From positions 6,944,001 through 7,008,000 of the forward strand of contig NC_043015.1 in assembly GCF_006345805.1 (NCBI RefSeq): DNA of 64,000 bases, in the 5' to 3' direction. This document shows positions 12,468 through 25,745 of this stretch, piece after piece (positions within the stretch are counted from its first letter, which is position 1; each line of letters begins with the position of its first letter). The notes beneath the pieces were generated by a model. That model was not told the DNA's origin and did no database searches. It worked only from the letters and a program-made list of their open reading frames with translations. A program made the position numbers and the translations under genes. The stretch is from Octopus sinensis. Its lineage: Eukaryota.

Positions 12468-13299
12468 TGTTGAAAGTTGAGGTAGAGACACATGTACTAT
12501 TAACGTAATCGCCGGGCGGAATCAGTGGGAGAAATTTTGGTAAAGTCAGACATTTGAATTACAAATGTTATGCATCCGATAAGTTTTCGAACATTTTCCG
12601 TCAACTCAGATTCTTCTGGCTGATGTGAGCAACATCGATATATCTATGTAGACGCAAACACAAAAACCTACACACATATAAACACAAAGCCAAATCCACA
12701 CGCTCAAACATATAGCCATACATATATACATATAAATGTATGTAAATCAATCTATTTTTCTTTCTCTTTCTCTCTATACATGTACACATACATATAAATA
12801 TACACACATACAGGTATGTGTGTGCGTGTGCACGTAGACATACATGTATATATTCATGCATATATACAAACGCATAGGTACATAAATATATATTTATATA
12901 TATAGACTTGTATACATACTTTTAGAAATAAAATTTTTTATATGAAGGACGTGGATAAATTGACATTTTATGAGAAGGATATGCGTGATGTGAAAGTTGA
13001 CATAAAGATTCATGCATACGCTTGTGCGTTTTGGTGGAAAGATTGGGGATGTTACGCATATTTATGGATGTTGATATAAATTTTTATGCAATCTTCTATT
13101 TCATTGGATTGGTGCTGTGTCTTTTGATCAAGCAGTGTAACGATGTAATTGCAGAATAGTGTGTTTGGAATAGAGTTCTGTTGCACGCGAATAAGTTCAT
13201 ATAAAAAACACAACTAACTGGATTGTGTAAATATTTATTTTTTATTTTATTATATTTTGTTAATTTGTCTTTATTTATTTACCGATTTTTATGAGGGAA

Positions 13300-14100
13300 A
13301 CATTTTTAAAAAGAGATTATTTTAATTATGTTGTTGACGATATTGTTATGCACAAGGAGTAAAACTTTGTTACTGGATTGTATGATTCCACTTTGGCTCA
13401 AACGTTCTTATTAATGGTAATGTTAATCTTATTAAAGCCATTGAGGATCCATATTTAGATGCATAACGTTGTGTCTGATCTGTTTATATTTATAAATAAG
13501 TGTAGATGCCGGCTAATAATAAGCTTTAATATGTTGACCGTGAAGCCAATGTAATATCTTAAGAGCTTGTTATGAGGTTTGCATAATATATCATATTACC
13601 ATATTGGCGTTATTTGTAAGGACATAGCTTTCAAGAGACAATAGATGCAACATCAGAAGCCGGAGTTAGATCAGGATCAAATAATTATTTGGGAGTCGAT
13701 CTTCAAACAATTTCGGCAGAAATCAGGTGTAGTAGTGTGATACATGTAAGAACGAATGAAGCTTGACCAGTATTTATGCATGTATATCAATAATATATTT
13801 CATGGAAGATGTACTGATGTGTAGATTGAACTGCTTGATGCGGCATTTTGTTTGTCATTCTTTTTCTTCTTGCTATTGTGAGAGTATTGCTTCTTTATAA
13901 TTACTAACCTTGAAGTTATTTTTTCTGCAGATATAGGCCATATACCTAACCAGTGTTCCTTTTCAGAGTATGAACTGCATCAAAATGATTATTATGAACA
14001 AATGATGATGGCACGTGTGGCGTGCATACATTGTATGTTCTGAAAAGGATTTTAGGGTATGTATTAGCAGTCGAGAGAGGGTGTTTAGGCAGTCTAATGT
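13300..14100 (-). mobile_element. Possible highly decayed LINE endonuclease region (RTE-like)
   Basis: A/C-rich minus strand with a TYNVCT motif reminiscent of APE N-termini (TxNVxT); many stops. Confidence 0.25.
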
Positions 14101-14415
14101 TCTTAGGATGATAACCATGGTAAATTTGAAACCAAATTGTTTGTCTGTGTAGGGAGGTGAGCTTCTCTCTGAAATTACGCTTCAGAGATTCATATTACTA
14201 AGATTCATATACGTACTTGTATATATATATATATATATATATACATATATAATTATATACGCATATATATCTCTCATGATACTCAGATATAAATATTTTA
14301 ATGTATGAAAAGACATTTATAGACTCACAACAATAATATACGCTAGTATGTCAAGACCTTTATCTTATCGCCTTTTAGAATCATCTCAAACTTGAGTGTT
14401 CTTCCAGTGATCAAA

Positions 14416-14473
<58 letters not shown>

Positions 14474-15877
14474 ATGCATACATGCATAGATACTTATATA
14501 CTTAACCATACACATGTTTGTGTATGTGAATATATATATATATATATATAGGGAAAATACTTACATACTTAACCATGCATATATTTGTGTGTGTTTGTGT
14601 GCATTTATATGTGTTTTTTTTTTATAAATTTGCATGTGTGTTTTATGATAATGTTAGAATATATTAATATAAATATATTAATCGAAAGTTTAATCCAATT
14701 TCATGCAAAAGAGCAGAAATATTCAATGAAGGAAAGAAGAAATTAAATAAACAAGCCTGTTTAATATAAATATATAAATTTTGCAAATTGAAATTAATTA
14801 AAATTCAGATTTTAATTAAACAAGAAAGCCAAATTCATTTTGGTGCATTAATCATAATATAGAATAATATTGTATATATTAAAAATTATAACTTTAGAAA
14901 TACATATCCTTTAATATTGAATATTTCGTAATACGTTGAGTAGTCACAAAAGAGATGAATGCGGCAAAGTAATATAATGTGTTCCGTGATTATTATGATG
15001 AAATAATTATTTTGTTAAATAAATAAATAAGCCGTATTAATTTTAAGCAATCATCATTGTCGTCTGAAATTTTTAATTGTTTAGTTCTCTTTTATTATAA
15101 TCATGACAGATTTCTTTTCAAGCTCGAAGAAATGTGAAAAACGGGAAATTGCTAGTTAGGGGATAATATATACTGCAATTTATGACTCACCAAATAATTT
15201 TTAGAAAGTTGCTATCTCTGTCAACGTCTGCTACTTCTGATCAGATATTTCCCTGAGTGAACTGTAAAGTGATGACATGTAAACTCATCACGTCCTTGTC
15301 TCAACACCACATATAGTCTAACACTACAAAAGAAGCCCCGAAAATAGCATCTTCATGGACTGCCTGTCTCTTCAAAAAATTCTTCAAATCAGACGCTATT
15401 GTTGTCGTAATATGAATGAGATATTGGGATTACTTGCACCTTGTTACAATACAAATGGAAGAAAAGGATACCTTCAGAGCTAGAATGATTTAGGGCTCAT
15501 CATGTTTGAGTGTAAGCATATGTGTAGTTTATAGTGTAAGCATATGTATAGTTTCTGTGTTATGTATATGTGTTTATTTGTGTAAGTTTCCATGAGTGTG
15601 CTTTTCTGACTGTCTGCCTCTGTGTTTGTAGGTTACCTTTCATTACTGGAAGTTCTAGGGCAACTAATTACCAATTATTATTATATAAGTAATAAAACTA
15701 ATAGTAAATAAAGCATAGAAAGAAACGCAAAGAAAGACGAAGTAATACAGCTACCTGTCAGCAACATTACCTCTACGTGGTCGATAAAAACTTTAAAAAC
15801 TGCAGCCATATATTGTTTATACAACACGGAATGTGCTGTATACACATACACACACACACACTTACATACTCACATAC

Positions 15878-15955
<78 letters not shown>

Positions 15956-16195
15956 GAACAAAAACGCAATAGAGAGCATTAAAACCTTCGGACAGATAGA
16001 GGACACAAGGGCAGTCAAGACAAACAACAATTAGAAGGACAAGCAATAAAGACGGGTCATTCTTGGCTTTCTTTCTTCAGTCAAGTCCCAGACGTCACGA
16101 CTGTTTTAGACAGTTACACTAGAGATGGTTCGATCTGGTTAAATTGACAGAATGAGATAAATGCTATAGATAGGCCATGATTAATCTCCTTACAT

Positions 16196-16238
<43 letters not shown>

Positions 16239-16328
16239 TAGATATAAATACAGACACACACACACATATGTATGTATATATATATAGATAGATATAAATA
16301 CAGACACACACACACATATGTATGTATG

Positions 16329-16362
<34 letters not shown>

Positions 16363-17310
16363 ATACTATATATATATATATTTTATGTGTATGGTCTCAA
16401 AAATCGTATCTAGAATTTTATTGATCGTGGGCTGTGTCGTTGACAGTCACCTGTTTATAAACAACAACTTTAACAACGATGCATCAAAATTTTGCCACGT
16501 TTCCCACATCACGCTCTACTAACACGCGATTTGATAAATTGAAGAATACGAGTTGTTCTATGGATTGACGTGTGCCAAACTTTTTGCAATGACTTACGTT
16601 AGTTCTAGATTTTTGCTTTGTAAAAAAACAATATCTTTGTCTTCGTTGTTGAATACTCAGAAGACAATAAAAAGTTAGATGTGTCAACCGTCTCAACTGA
16701 ACATTATATCAAATACGGTCAATTTAAATATCTTTGTATTCAAATATGTATCAAAGGAAGCATAATATACAGGTACTGAATCAATAGAAGTGTACAAGCA
16801 TCTGCCAAGTGCTGATGCAAAAGAATGAAAACAATAATCAATAATTACTAAGACTCTAAAGTAATACAATACAGATTCTTACAAAAATATTTTTCAGTAT
16901 TTTGCCTAATAGATTCATAGTAAAATACGCTAGGTGATTTGTTATTTATATTATTTAATTATGTACAATATTTTTGACATCTTGGATATAATATTCTCTT
17001 ACCTACCAACAGTACGGCTTCCATAGAACGATATCTTAAGCGAAACTTCTTACTTATTCACTTACCGTTAATCACATGCCCTTGAGGAATTTGGCAAACA
17101 CAATATGTTTGCATTTGAAATCTGCAAAGCATATAAGAGTATTAGCGGTTCTTTACGTTGTATCCATATATATATATATATATATATATATCATATGATT
17201 TAGCCGCCTGACAAAAAGACAGAGTGAAGAGAATACTTAAATATCATCTGAATTAATGATGGCAAACATACGAAAGCAGTATGCATACATAATAATATAA
17301 TAAATACTAT

Positions 17311-17346
<36 letters not shown>

Positions 17347-17457
17347 AAGTTAAATAATGATGGTAAAAATCAATATTATAAATTAATATCAATTTAAACC
17401 AGTGGCCAAGCATACTTTAAATGGCCGAAGTTGGCTATTCATCTTATCTTCTTATAC

Positions 17458-17489
<32 letters not shown>

Positions 17490-17628
17490 GATCAATAAAT
17501 GGTGGGGTTGTGTTGACCGCACGTGGAGAAATGATAAGTAAGGAAAAATTTTTTTAAAAATGGAGAATGCTCAAATGAAAGAAAATTTTAATAAAATGAG
17601 AAAATGATAAAATATATAAATATATATT

Positions 17629-17669
17629 TATTCAACCGGTTTTCGTCATTGTATGACTTGTCAAGAATA
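17629..17669 (-). ncRNA. Variant minimal hammerhead ribozyme (copy in left inverted arm)
   Basis: Reverse complement is identical to 19789-19829. Confidence 0.6.
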
Positions 17670-17910
17670 TTTATGTTTTAGAAGTTATTTTAAAAATTAG
17701 AAAGGGGAAAAAAAGAAATTGCATTGTTTTTTGTAAAAGAATAATGATAAAAATGTACAAAAATTAAAAAATAAGTTCTCCGATACATTGTGAGTTCGTT
17801 GTGTATCTTGAGTTTTATGGTTGTTTACCAAAAAATTACCTTGAGGTGTTAAGATCCAAAGGGATTAAGAGCATGTGATGTGTTGTGTTGTTAAATTCAG
17901 CATGTTGACG

Positions 17911-19150
17911 GTTTTTTCTCTTCGACGACACACACTACCGTCAAAAATGTGGCATTGCGATGGGTACCAAGGCTACACCAGTCCTTGCGAACCTCATAAT
18001 GGGTTACTTCGAACTGTCACTCTATGAAATATCAAGCCAGAAATTTGGACATGTTTTCCACACCTACCTAATGGAAAACTGGAAAAGGTATTTAGATGAT
18101 TGTTTCATCATATGGAAAGAACCTTATGAAAAACTCCTGGAATTCAAAACCATACTAAACAACATACATCCCAACATCCAATTCACTATGGAATTAAGCA
18201 AACATCATCTCCCATTCCTTGATCTCCTAATTAATAAAAACACCTAAGAACCAAATCATAACAGACATCTACCACAAACCTACAGACTCACAACAATACC
18301 TCCTCTTTAGTTCATGCCACCCAAAACACACCAAGACAAATATCCCTTTCAATTAGCTAAAAGGGTATGCACCATTGTCTCGGATCCAAAAACACGAGAA
18401 ATACGCCTTCAAGACCTCAAAAAAACACTATTACAACGTCAATATCCCTCCACCCTTTAGAGTATGGAATAAAACGCGCCAAAGAACTAGACAACACTAC
18501 ACTGAAAACCACCCAACCTAACACCACACACAACCTCAAAATACTTCCATACATTTCCACCCACAACCCCAAAAATATCGAAGTATACACCACAATCATA
18601 CAAAACCTCAGTCTACTGTCAACAGACCCAAAAATGAAAAACATGATAAATACACACAAAATCCTCAAATGCAAAAGCAACACAAATCTTTAAAAAAACT
18701 CTTGACAAATGCCAAACTTCACACACCACATCCACCCAACAGTAAAAAATGTGCACTCTCAAACTGTGGTACCTGCCCCTTTCTACTTGAAGGCTCTGAA
18801 TTTACCTTCAAACAAGGTACGAAGTTTAAAATCAAGAACTAACTTCTCCTGTTCCTCCGAGAACCTTATCTACGTTCTCACATGCGCTGGTTGCCAACAT
18901 AATTATGTTGGACAAACGAGTCTCCCGTTACGTAAACGAGTAACGGTGCATAAAGAACAAATAAATCTCCCGGAATACCGACAAATTCCACTGAGTGACC
19001 ACTTAGACTCATGTGCTAAAGACTTAAACCCCAAATTCTATATATTCCCCTTCTACCAATGTAAAGACGGGATCACCACACAGGAGAGAATAACAAGGAG
19101 AATCTCGTTATTGAAAAATTCCAAACACAACTTAATATGCAAACTCCTCG
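17911..19150 (+). pseudogene. Frameshifted Penelope RT/thumb/GIY-YIG coding region
   Basis: ORFs 17960..18247, 18367..18693 and 18709..19254 each carry part of the protein; breaks are mostly single-base indels. Confidence 0.85.
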
Positions 19151-19788
19151 TTGATCAAACTTCCTTTCTCTATCTCACTCTTCATGGATGGACTAAACAA
19201 ATATATAAAGATACCATGCATTCATCACTTCAAGCTAAAACTTATAATCTTTAAATATCATTTTTACTATTGTTGTTATTACTATCATTTTTATTATAAA
19301 TGATATGACAATTTGAAATGCAATTGTCTATGCAGATTTATATTATTAGAAAATAATATAAATAAAGTGTTAAAATCTGAAAGTTAAGTTAACAAGCAAT
19401 TATATAAAAAAGATAATGCAAATGAAGCTAAAATGATAGTTTTATAATTGGGTTTTATTGAAGAACTCAAAAGAGTTGTCTCCCCTTACCCATAACACAG
19501 GAACTGAAGAACCAGGACCACAATTACTACTACTTCCTGTCCTGCAACATGCTGAATTTAACAACCAACACATCACATGCTCTTAATCCCTTTGGATCTT
19601 AACACCTCAAGGTAATTTTTTGGTAAACAACCATAAAACTCAAGATACACAACGAACTCACAATGTATCGGAGAACTTATTTTTTAATTTTTGTACATTT
19701 TTATCATATTCTTTTACAAAAACAATGCAATTTTCTTTTTTTCTTTTTTTCCCCTTCTAATTTTTAAAATAACTTCTTAAAACATAAA

Positions 19789-19829
19789 TATTCTTGACAA
19801 GTCATACAATGACGAAAACCGGTTGAATA
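19789..19829 (+). ncRNA. Variant minimal hammerhead ribozyme (U3-A8 core)
   Basis: TATTC | TTGACAA | GTCAT ACA ATGAC | GAAA ACCGGT T | GAATA: perfect stems I and II, palindromic stem III. Confidence 0.62.
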
Positions 19830-19916
19830 AATATATATTTATATATTTTATCATTTCTCATTTTATTAAAATTTTCTTTCATTTGAGCATTCTGCATTTT
19901 TAAAAAAATTTTCCCT

Positions 19917-19952
<36 letters not shown>

Positions 19953-20482
19953 GCTTACACACACACAAACACATGTATATGTAAGCATGTATGTGTTTGC
20001 ATACATCCACACAGCCATACATTTATCTACACACCAAACGCTCACGTGTAATCCAGGCTAATCCATTGCGAAAATAATTAACCACAAATTTGAAAATAGA
20101 AAAACTCAATGTATTCTATTCTGTCGATAACATATAACTTGTATATTGTTGAATTCTTGTTTAATGACACAGTGAATTAATTAATATCTATTTAGGTATT
20201 ATCAATAAAAGCAACTCCTTTAATCGCTAATTATTAATTAGGCTTTCGCGATAATATATGAGATATTTCATGAACTTGGCTCTGAATAAATTAAAATTAA
20301 TTTGTATGTTTTCTAATTATTCTTACTTTAGTATTTACAAGTGAATTTCTACATAAAATCAATCACTATCTGCCTTTCCTTAACATTTTCAGGAATAACT
20401 CTTTCACACCGGTGTCTGGCCAATTTTTCTATAAATTCTAGCATATGCTCGATTTTAATTTTAACACTTACAGTTCTAAGAT

Positions 20483-20647
20483 ATCATCATCATTATCATC
20501 GTTAAACGTCCGCTTTCCATGCTGGCATGGGTTGGACATTTTGAATGGTGACTGGCAAGCCAGAAGGCTGCATCAGTCTCTAATCTGATCTGGCAAGGTT
20601 TTGTACAGCTGAATGTCCTTCCTAACGCCAAACGCTCCGAGAGTATA
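20483..20647 (-). mobile_element. 3' part of a SINE/LINE with (GAT)n tail (RTE-type end)
   Basis: Minus strand reads ...TTAGGAAGGACATTCAGCTGTAC...ACCCATGCCAGCATGGAAAGCGGACGTTTAACGATGATAATGATGATGA. Confidence 0.6.
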
Positions 20648-20650
20648 AAG

Positions 20651-20709
20651 TTGGTGCTCCAGCATGGACACCGTCAAATGACTGAAACATGTAAAAGAAT
20701 AAAAGAATA
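20651..20709 (+). mobile_element. 3'-terminal fragment of SINE family C
   Basis: ggtgctccagcatgg...tcaaatgactgaaacatgtaaaagaataaaagaa, as at 42667-42720. Confidence 0.75.
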
Positions 20710-20884
20710 CCAGAAAATCGTTCGGTACCACTAAACCAAGAAGGTTCCTTCAATATGTACGATGTATTTTAAGGTTAAATAGTAATTCTGTTTATGTTTG
20801 TGTAACAAAGATATTTTCGTTGGATTATATAGTCATTGGTATTACATTACTTTCAATATTCTGCAACTGTCACAATATATTTTT

Positions 20885-21027
20885 TTAGGTCTGACATTTT
20901 TGTGGGGAGGGGACCAGTTGGTTATAGCGACCGCAGTACACAACTGGTACTTAGCTTATCGACCCGAAAGGACGAAAGGCAAAGTCGACCTCGGCAGAAT
21001 TCGAACTCAGAACGTAAAGACAGACGG
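20885..21027 (-). mobile_element. SINE family B fragment
   Basis: Core aaaggcaaagtcgacctcggcagaattcgaactcagaacgt. Confidence 0.8.
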
Positions 21028-21122
21028 CCATAATATACAAACATTTCTCATGACACCAGTTCACTGTTTACTGATGCTTAAAATTTTTATGCTTTCCGTG
21101 AATTTTTCAGGGGTCCAGCTAC

Positions 21123-21680
21123 TTATTATTATTATTGAGTGTCATCAAAGTGACACTGGGGTAAAATACACGAAGCCCAGTATACCCATCATGACTACCC
21201 GTCTGATAAGGGTACACTAGTCACTTGCATCACAACCATATGTGCGCGACATGGTGATCTCATATCAAGATAAACAGCACATGACCTTGCAGGTGGGACC
21301 AAGTTAGAATTTTCTTCTGGTCGAGGAACCCATCCTGCTCAAAAGGTCCCTGAATAAGGGTTGTTTAAGGATGTTGAACGAAAACCCCATGTTTCCAGAG
21401 GTGAATTATTCAAACCCCAAAGAATCCCACTCAACACATGGCTATGATGCTCCCACACTACTTCTGCACGTGATCAGAGATGCACACATCGTCAGCCACT
21501 AAGGAAGATGGTCAACTGGTTGAGATCAAACAACTGACGAGCAAATATGTGATATTGAGCAGAATATTTGCTGTAGCCCATCTTTTATACCAAGACAAAA
21601 CAATATACATGATAACTCTTCCAATCAGTTAAGATCAGAAGCCACGAGAACCACTGCCTGGTACTACATCAGGGCATCCA
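21123..21680 (-). mobile_element. Family D: ~550-bp non-coding interspersed repeat with (AAT)n tail
   Basis: Colinear with 47712-48276; (TTA)n on both sides. Confidence 0.85.
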
Positions 21681-22154
21681 TTATTATTATTATTATAATA
21701 ATAATATACCAATAATAATAATAATACCAATAATAATAATAATACCAATAATAATTGGACAACATTTTAGTACTAGGCTACCAATTTTGAGAGGAGGATA
21801 TTTGTCGAGTACACCTATTGCAATAAAGAATGGTACTTGATTATATCGATTTGCCTACCATTCTGAAAAGGCAAAGAATGTATAAAGCTGGGGAAAAAGC
21901 TTTTAAGTACTTTCTCTTTTGCACAGATATTATATATTAATCTACAAGAAGTGAGAAAATTAAGTGTAATAAATAAATAAAAATATGTGAAATATCGAAA
22001 AGAAGCAGGAATAAGATGGAGTGATATACTGATTAAAAGAGACATGTTAATAGTTACGTACATGGTTAATATTCACAGAGATATATCAAATGATATAACT
22101 ATATAAGATTAGATATATATTCACGTATATGCATATGTAGAGAGATGTCAATCT

Positions 22155-22202
<48 letters not shown>

Positions 22203-22323
22203 TGTTTGTATGTGCATATATATACATTCACACACATTTATACATATATGTATGTATTAACAAATACTCAATGTTATGGTAATAGATTCTTAACTATTCG
22301 CATTCAAATAAATAAGGCCTAAG

Positions 22324-22360
<37 letters not shown>

Positions 22361-22457
22361 CTGTGTGTGTGTATACATACATGTATTTATGGCTCTGTGT
22401 GAGTATATATATGTTTGTATGTATGTATAACACACACACATATATACAATGTGTGTG

Positions 22458-22496
<39 letters not shown>

Positions 22497-22760
22497 GTAC
22501 ATGTATATATACATATATACACACTCACATTGTATATATTGCATGGCAAATCAATGGTGAAGATGAAAAGTCAAGAGTCGTGTTATGCAGGAAAAAATAT
22601 TAATTTTTGTTTTTGAATATAAAATATCCGTAAGCATATAAGCTAAAAGTTTGGTGTTATATAGGTTATCAATAATATATATATAACAGGCGTCAACACA
22701 CACATATGTATGTGTTTGTGTGCATACAGATATGCATGTATATGCTTATGTGTACATATA

Positions 22761-22830
<70 letters not shown>

Positions 22831-23111
22831 TGGATAGATAGATAGATAGATAGATAGAAGTTTATACAAAGGATAAGTGCATGTGCGTGTATGTATGTTT
22901 GTAAATTTAATTCGTGTTTTTCTATTGCAAGAAGAATATATACTTAATCAAGTACATAAAATATTTTATACACAATTTATATACCAACATAAAGAGGATA
23001 GACACACCACACACGCATATGTATAATTGAACGCAATTTTAGATATTCTATAACGCATAGTTACACACTCATACATATATATATATATTTGTATATATAT
23101 ATATATATATT

Positions 23112-23150
<39 letters not shown>

Positions 23151-25479
23151 TATATTTGTATATATATATATAGAGAGAGAGAGAGAGTGAGAGAGCGAGA
23201 GAGAGAGAGAAAGAGACAGAGGGAAAATGGAGAGAGACACTTATATACAGAGAGTTGGGTAAAGAGATAGATAGAGATAAGTGATATGATCTATATATAT
23301 ATCTATATCGCTGGGAAATGTGTCTTTTTTTTTATTCTGCAGTATTTAATGTACTGAAAGCTGTTTATTCATGTCACGCACACCGACGCATGCACTGTTT
23401 AGTTTATTTCTTCTATCTCAAGTGTGTGACGGCATGAATATTCTGCGTATGGGTATGTTATCGTCATCTTTAATATTTATCCCACTACCGTTTAACCAGT
23501 TCTATCCATCTCCACAATCATTCTCAGTGTATATCGTTAAATGTGCAGCCCTGTTGAGATCCTATTTTATAGCCCCCTTTTTTTTTACTTTCTTTCTAAC
23601 CCTTCCCTATTTCGCTGAATTCTCATATATGTTTGTTTATTTATCGAGTTATCATAAAAACAATTTGACATTCCTCTGAAGATGTACTCAATACATTTTG
23701 CGTAGAAAAGATTTATCATACATTTATATGAAGTTAGGGAACAGTGAATTCGAAATATCAGTCTGCTAGTCTTCATCGGCCTGTGGTACAATTGTGGGAT
23801 ATCTTGGCTTTATACATTCTCTGTAAAGGTGTTTTTCTGGGGTAGTTTCAACTACGTGTAATGATAGTTCGGTTTAATGTATATCCATCTGCATGTCAGA
23901 TGTATGTGCTGAGTGATGAGCGGTCATAGTAGCCTAGTATGATTGATTGGTCAGTTCTGATGGAAATACATTATAGACGGTTTTATTCTTTGAATTTAGA
24001 GTTGTGTTATTGTTCAGAGTTCAGTGTAAGCGTCTAAACATTTTAAATCAAGTTCTTCTTGTTCAGGTGAGTGGAATTCAGATCATGAGGTTGTTAGTGT
24101 AGAAATTCAGCTATTGTTGCGTTTCAGGCTCCAGAATTAATGTAAGTAGATGTTTAAGGTCAGTTATTCAGCAGGTGTCTAATTGGGGTTTCAATGGGGT
24201 TGATGATGTTCTATACCCATTTTGAAAAATAAACTGTGTACTTTGTGGATTAGCCAATTTCTATCCTAACAATCCCTTTGCATGCCTTTCAACAAACGAT
24301 AAGAAATAACCACCAAGACAAAGACGTGCATAGCCCTATATACACAGGCGCGCACACTTATTTACACGCAAGGATTAGACTCTTGTCTAATTTTCTATGC
24401 AGATGAAAGGAAACCAGCTGTTCTGAACTGAAGTTCTGTATAATATTGGTCCGCCTATACCAAATAAAACCTCAGTAGTGTCTTGATATATGTAAATGAA
24501 AATCATGAGCAATGTATTTAGTAAACAGGTATAGTTTCCATGTGAAGATATAAATCTTTAAATGAAGCATAAAATCTTGTGTTCGACGGATGTGTTTTAT
24601 CTTCGTTGAGGCTCATCAGGGACGAATACATCAGTTTACAAACAATCAAGGGACGAAAATCCTATCTTTTTGACGAAAAAACAAAACTGAACAACCAACC
24701 TTTTACAAGATTAAATCATGTACATAACGTTACGATTTCAAGGGCTGCGATTAATTATAACAAATAATAAACATATCCTAATTCAGCTTTGTTCTAAATA
24801 AATATGTATATGAAATTCCTTTACAAAACATTTAACGCGCATGCATATCTCGTTGCGATTACATAACCTGAAAATAATTCCTCATAAGTGGTACTTAATT
24901 TTTTTTATACTTCTACATATATTTGTGAATACACCAATAGAGAATTGTTCCCTCTCCCTGTTTAGATATTTATCTATTTATTTATCATTTATTTTTGTAA
25001 CTTCGTTTTTTCTTGTTCATATTATTGGCAGCAGCGAGTTGAAACATCCCAGTGGAAAATGGAGCCTGTCTTGTATGTAATTAACGTATTTTTTTGACGG
25101 TAACCTGTGAAATGTTAATATTTTATTGATAGCTTATGTCATCACGACAGGTTTGCTTGTAGATATTAGACGGTTCGGATTACTTAGCAAACGATGCTGT
25201 GTTTATACAGTAGCGTAAAGTTTAGACCACCAAGTGTTGTGTAGACACAGACGCACACACACACACACATACAGAGACAAACGGGCACATGTCTGTGTGC
25301 ACATACATACGTATACATTCATATATATGTGTGTGAGTGCGTGAGTATGGATGTGTGGGTATAAACGTACATATATAAAGTTACATCAATATACATTCAT
25401 ACATGAAAAGTTAAACTCAATTTATATATCTATATTATTTATATATTTATATACATACTTACAAGCACATACCTACCTA

Positions 25480-25745
25480 CCTACCTCCCTCGTTCCCTCC
25501 CTCCCTACATACATACATACATACATACATACATACATACATACATACATACATACATACTACATACATACATTACATACATACATACATACATACATAA
25601 TACATACATACATACATACAACATACATACATACATACATACATACATACATACATACATACATACATACATACATACATACATACATACATACATACAC
25701 ACGTACATATATATATACATACATGTATACTTACATACTTGCATA
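25480..25745. repeat. (TACC)n/(TACA)n microsatellite
   Basis: Direct reading. Confidence 0.95.

Larger units (their letters stand above)
17537..19920 (+). mobile_element. Penelope-like element: 5'-truncated RT + GIY-YIG with an inverted copy of its 3' pLTR at the 5' end
   Basis: RT motifs YRQKCGIAMGT, WKRYLDDCF, IQFTME, LPFLD, DIYHKPTD; GIY-YIG NLIYVLTC..C..NYVGQT...RKRVTVH; arms 17537-17907 and 19545-19920 are near-identical reverse complements. Confidence 0.92.

Noticed and set aside
15191-15330. Strong minus-strand donor TTG|GTGAGT at 15190
   Set aside because: The upstream acceptors with good pyrimidine tracts give stops in all three frames; the only open option has a weak acceptor
16460-16524. 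Possible exon SVMWETWQNFDASLLKLLFINR, and a similar candidate at 15771-15835
   Set aside because: Weak acceptors and no recognisable homology; indistinguishable from chance
21696-21760. CRISPR-like short direct repeats (aataataatacc x3; also 57320-57420)
   Set aside because: Eukaryotic context, no unique spacers and no cas genes; these are simple tandem duplications
23736-23783. Degenerate hammerhead-like motif on the minus strand (CCGATGAAGA...TTCGAATTCACTG); similar trace at 17255-17285
   Set aside because: GAAA and stems I/III are broken; probably decayed PLE remnants but not supportable as ribozymes
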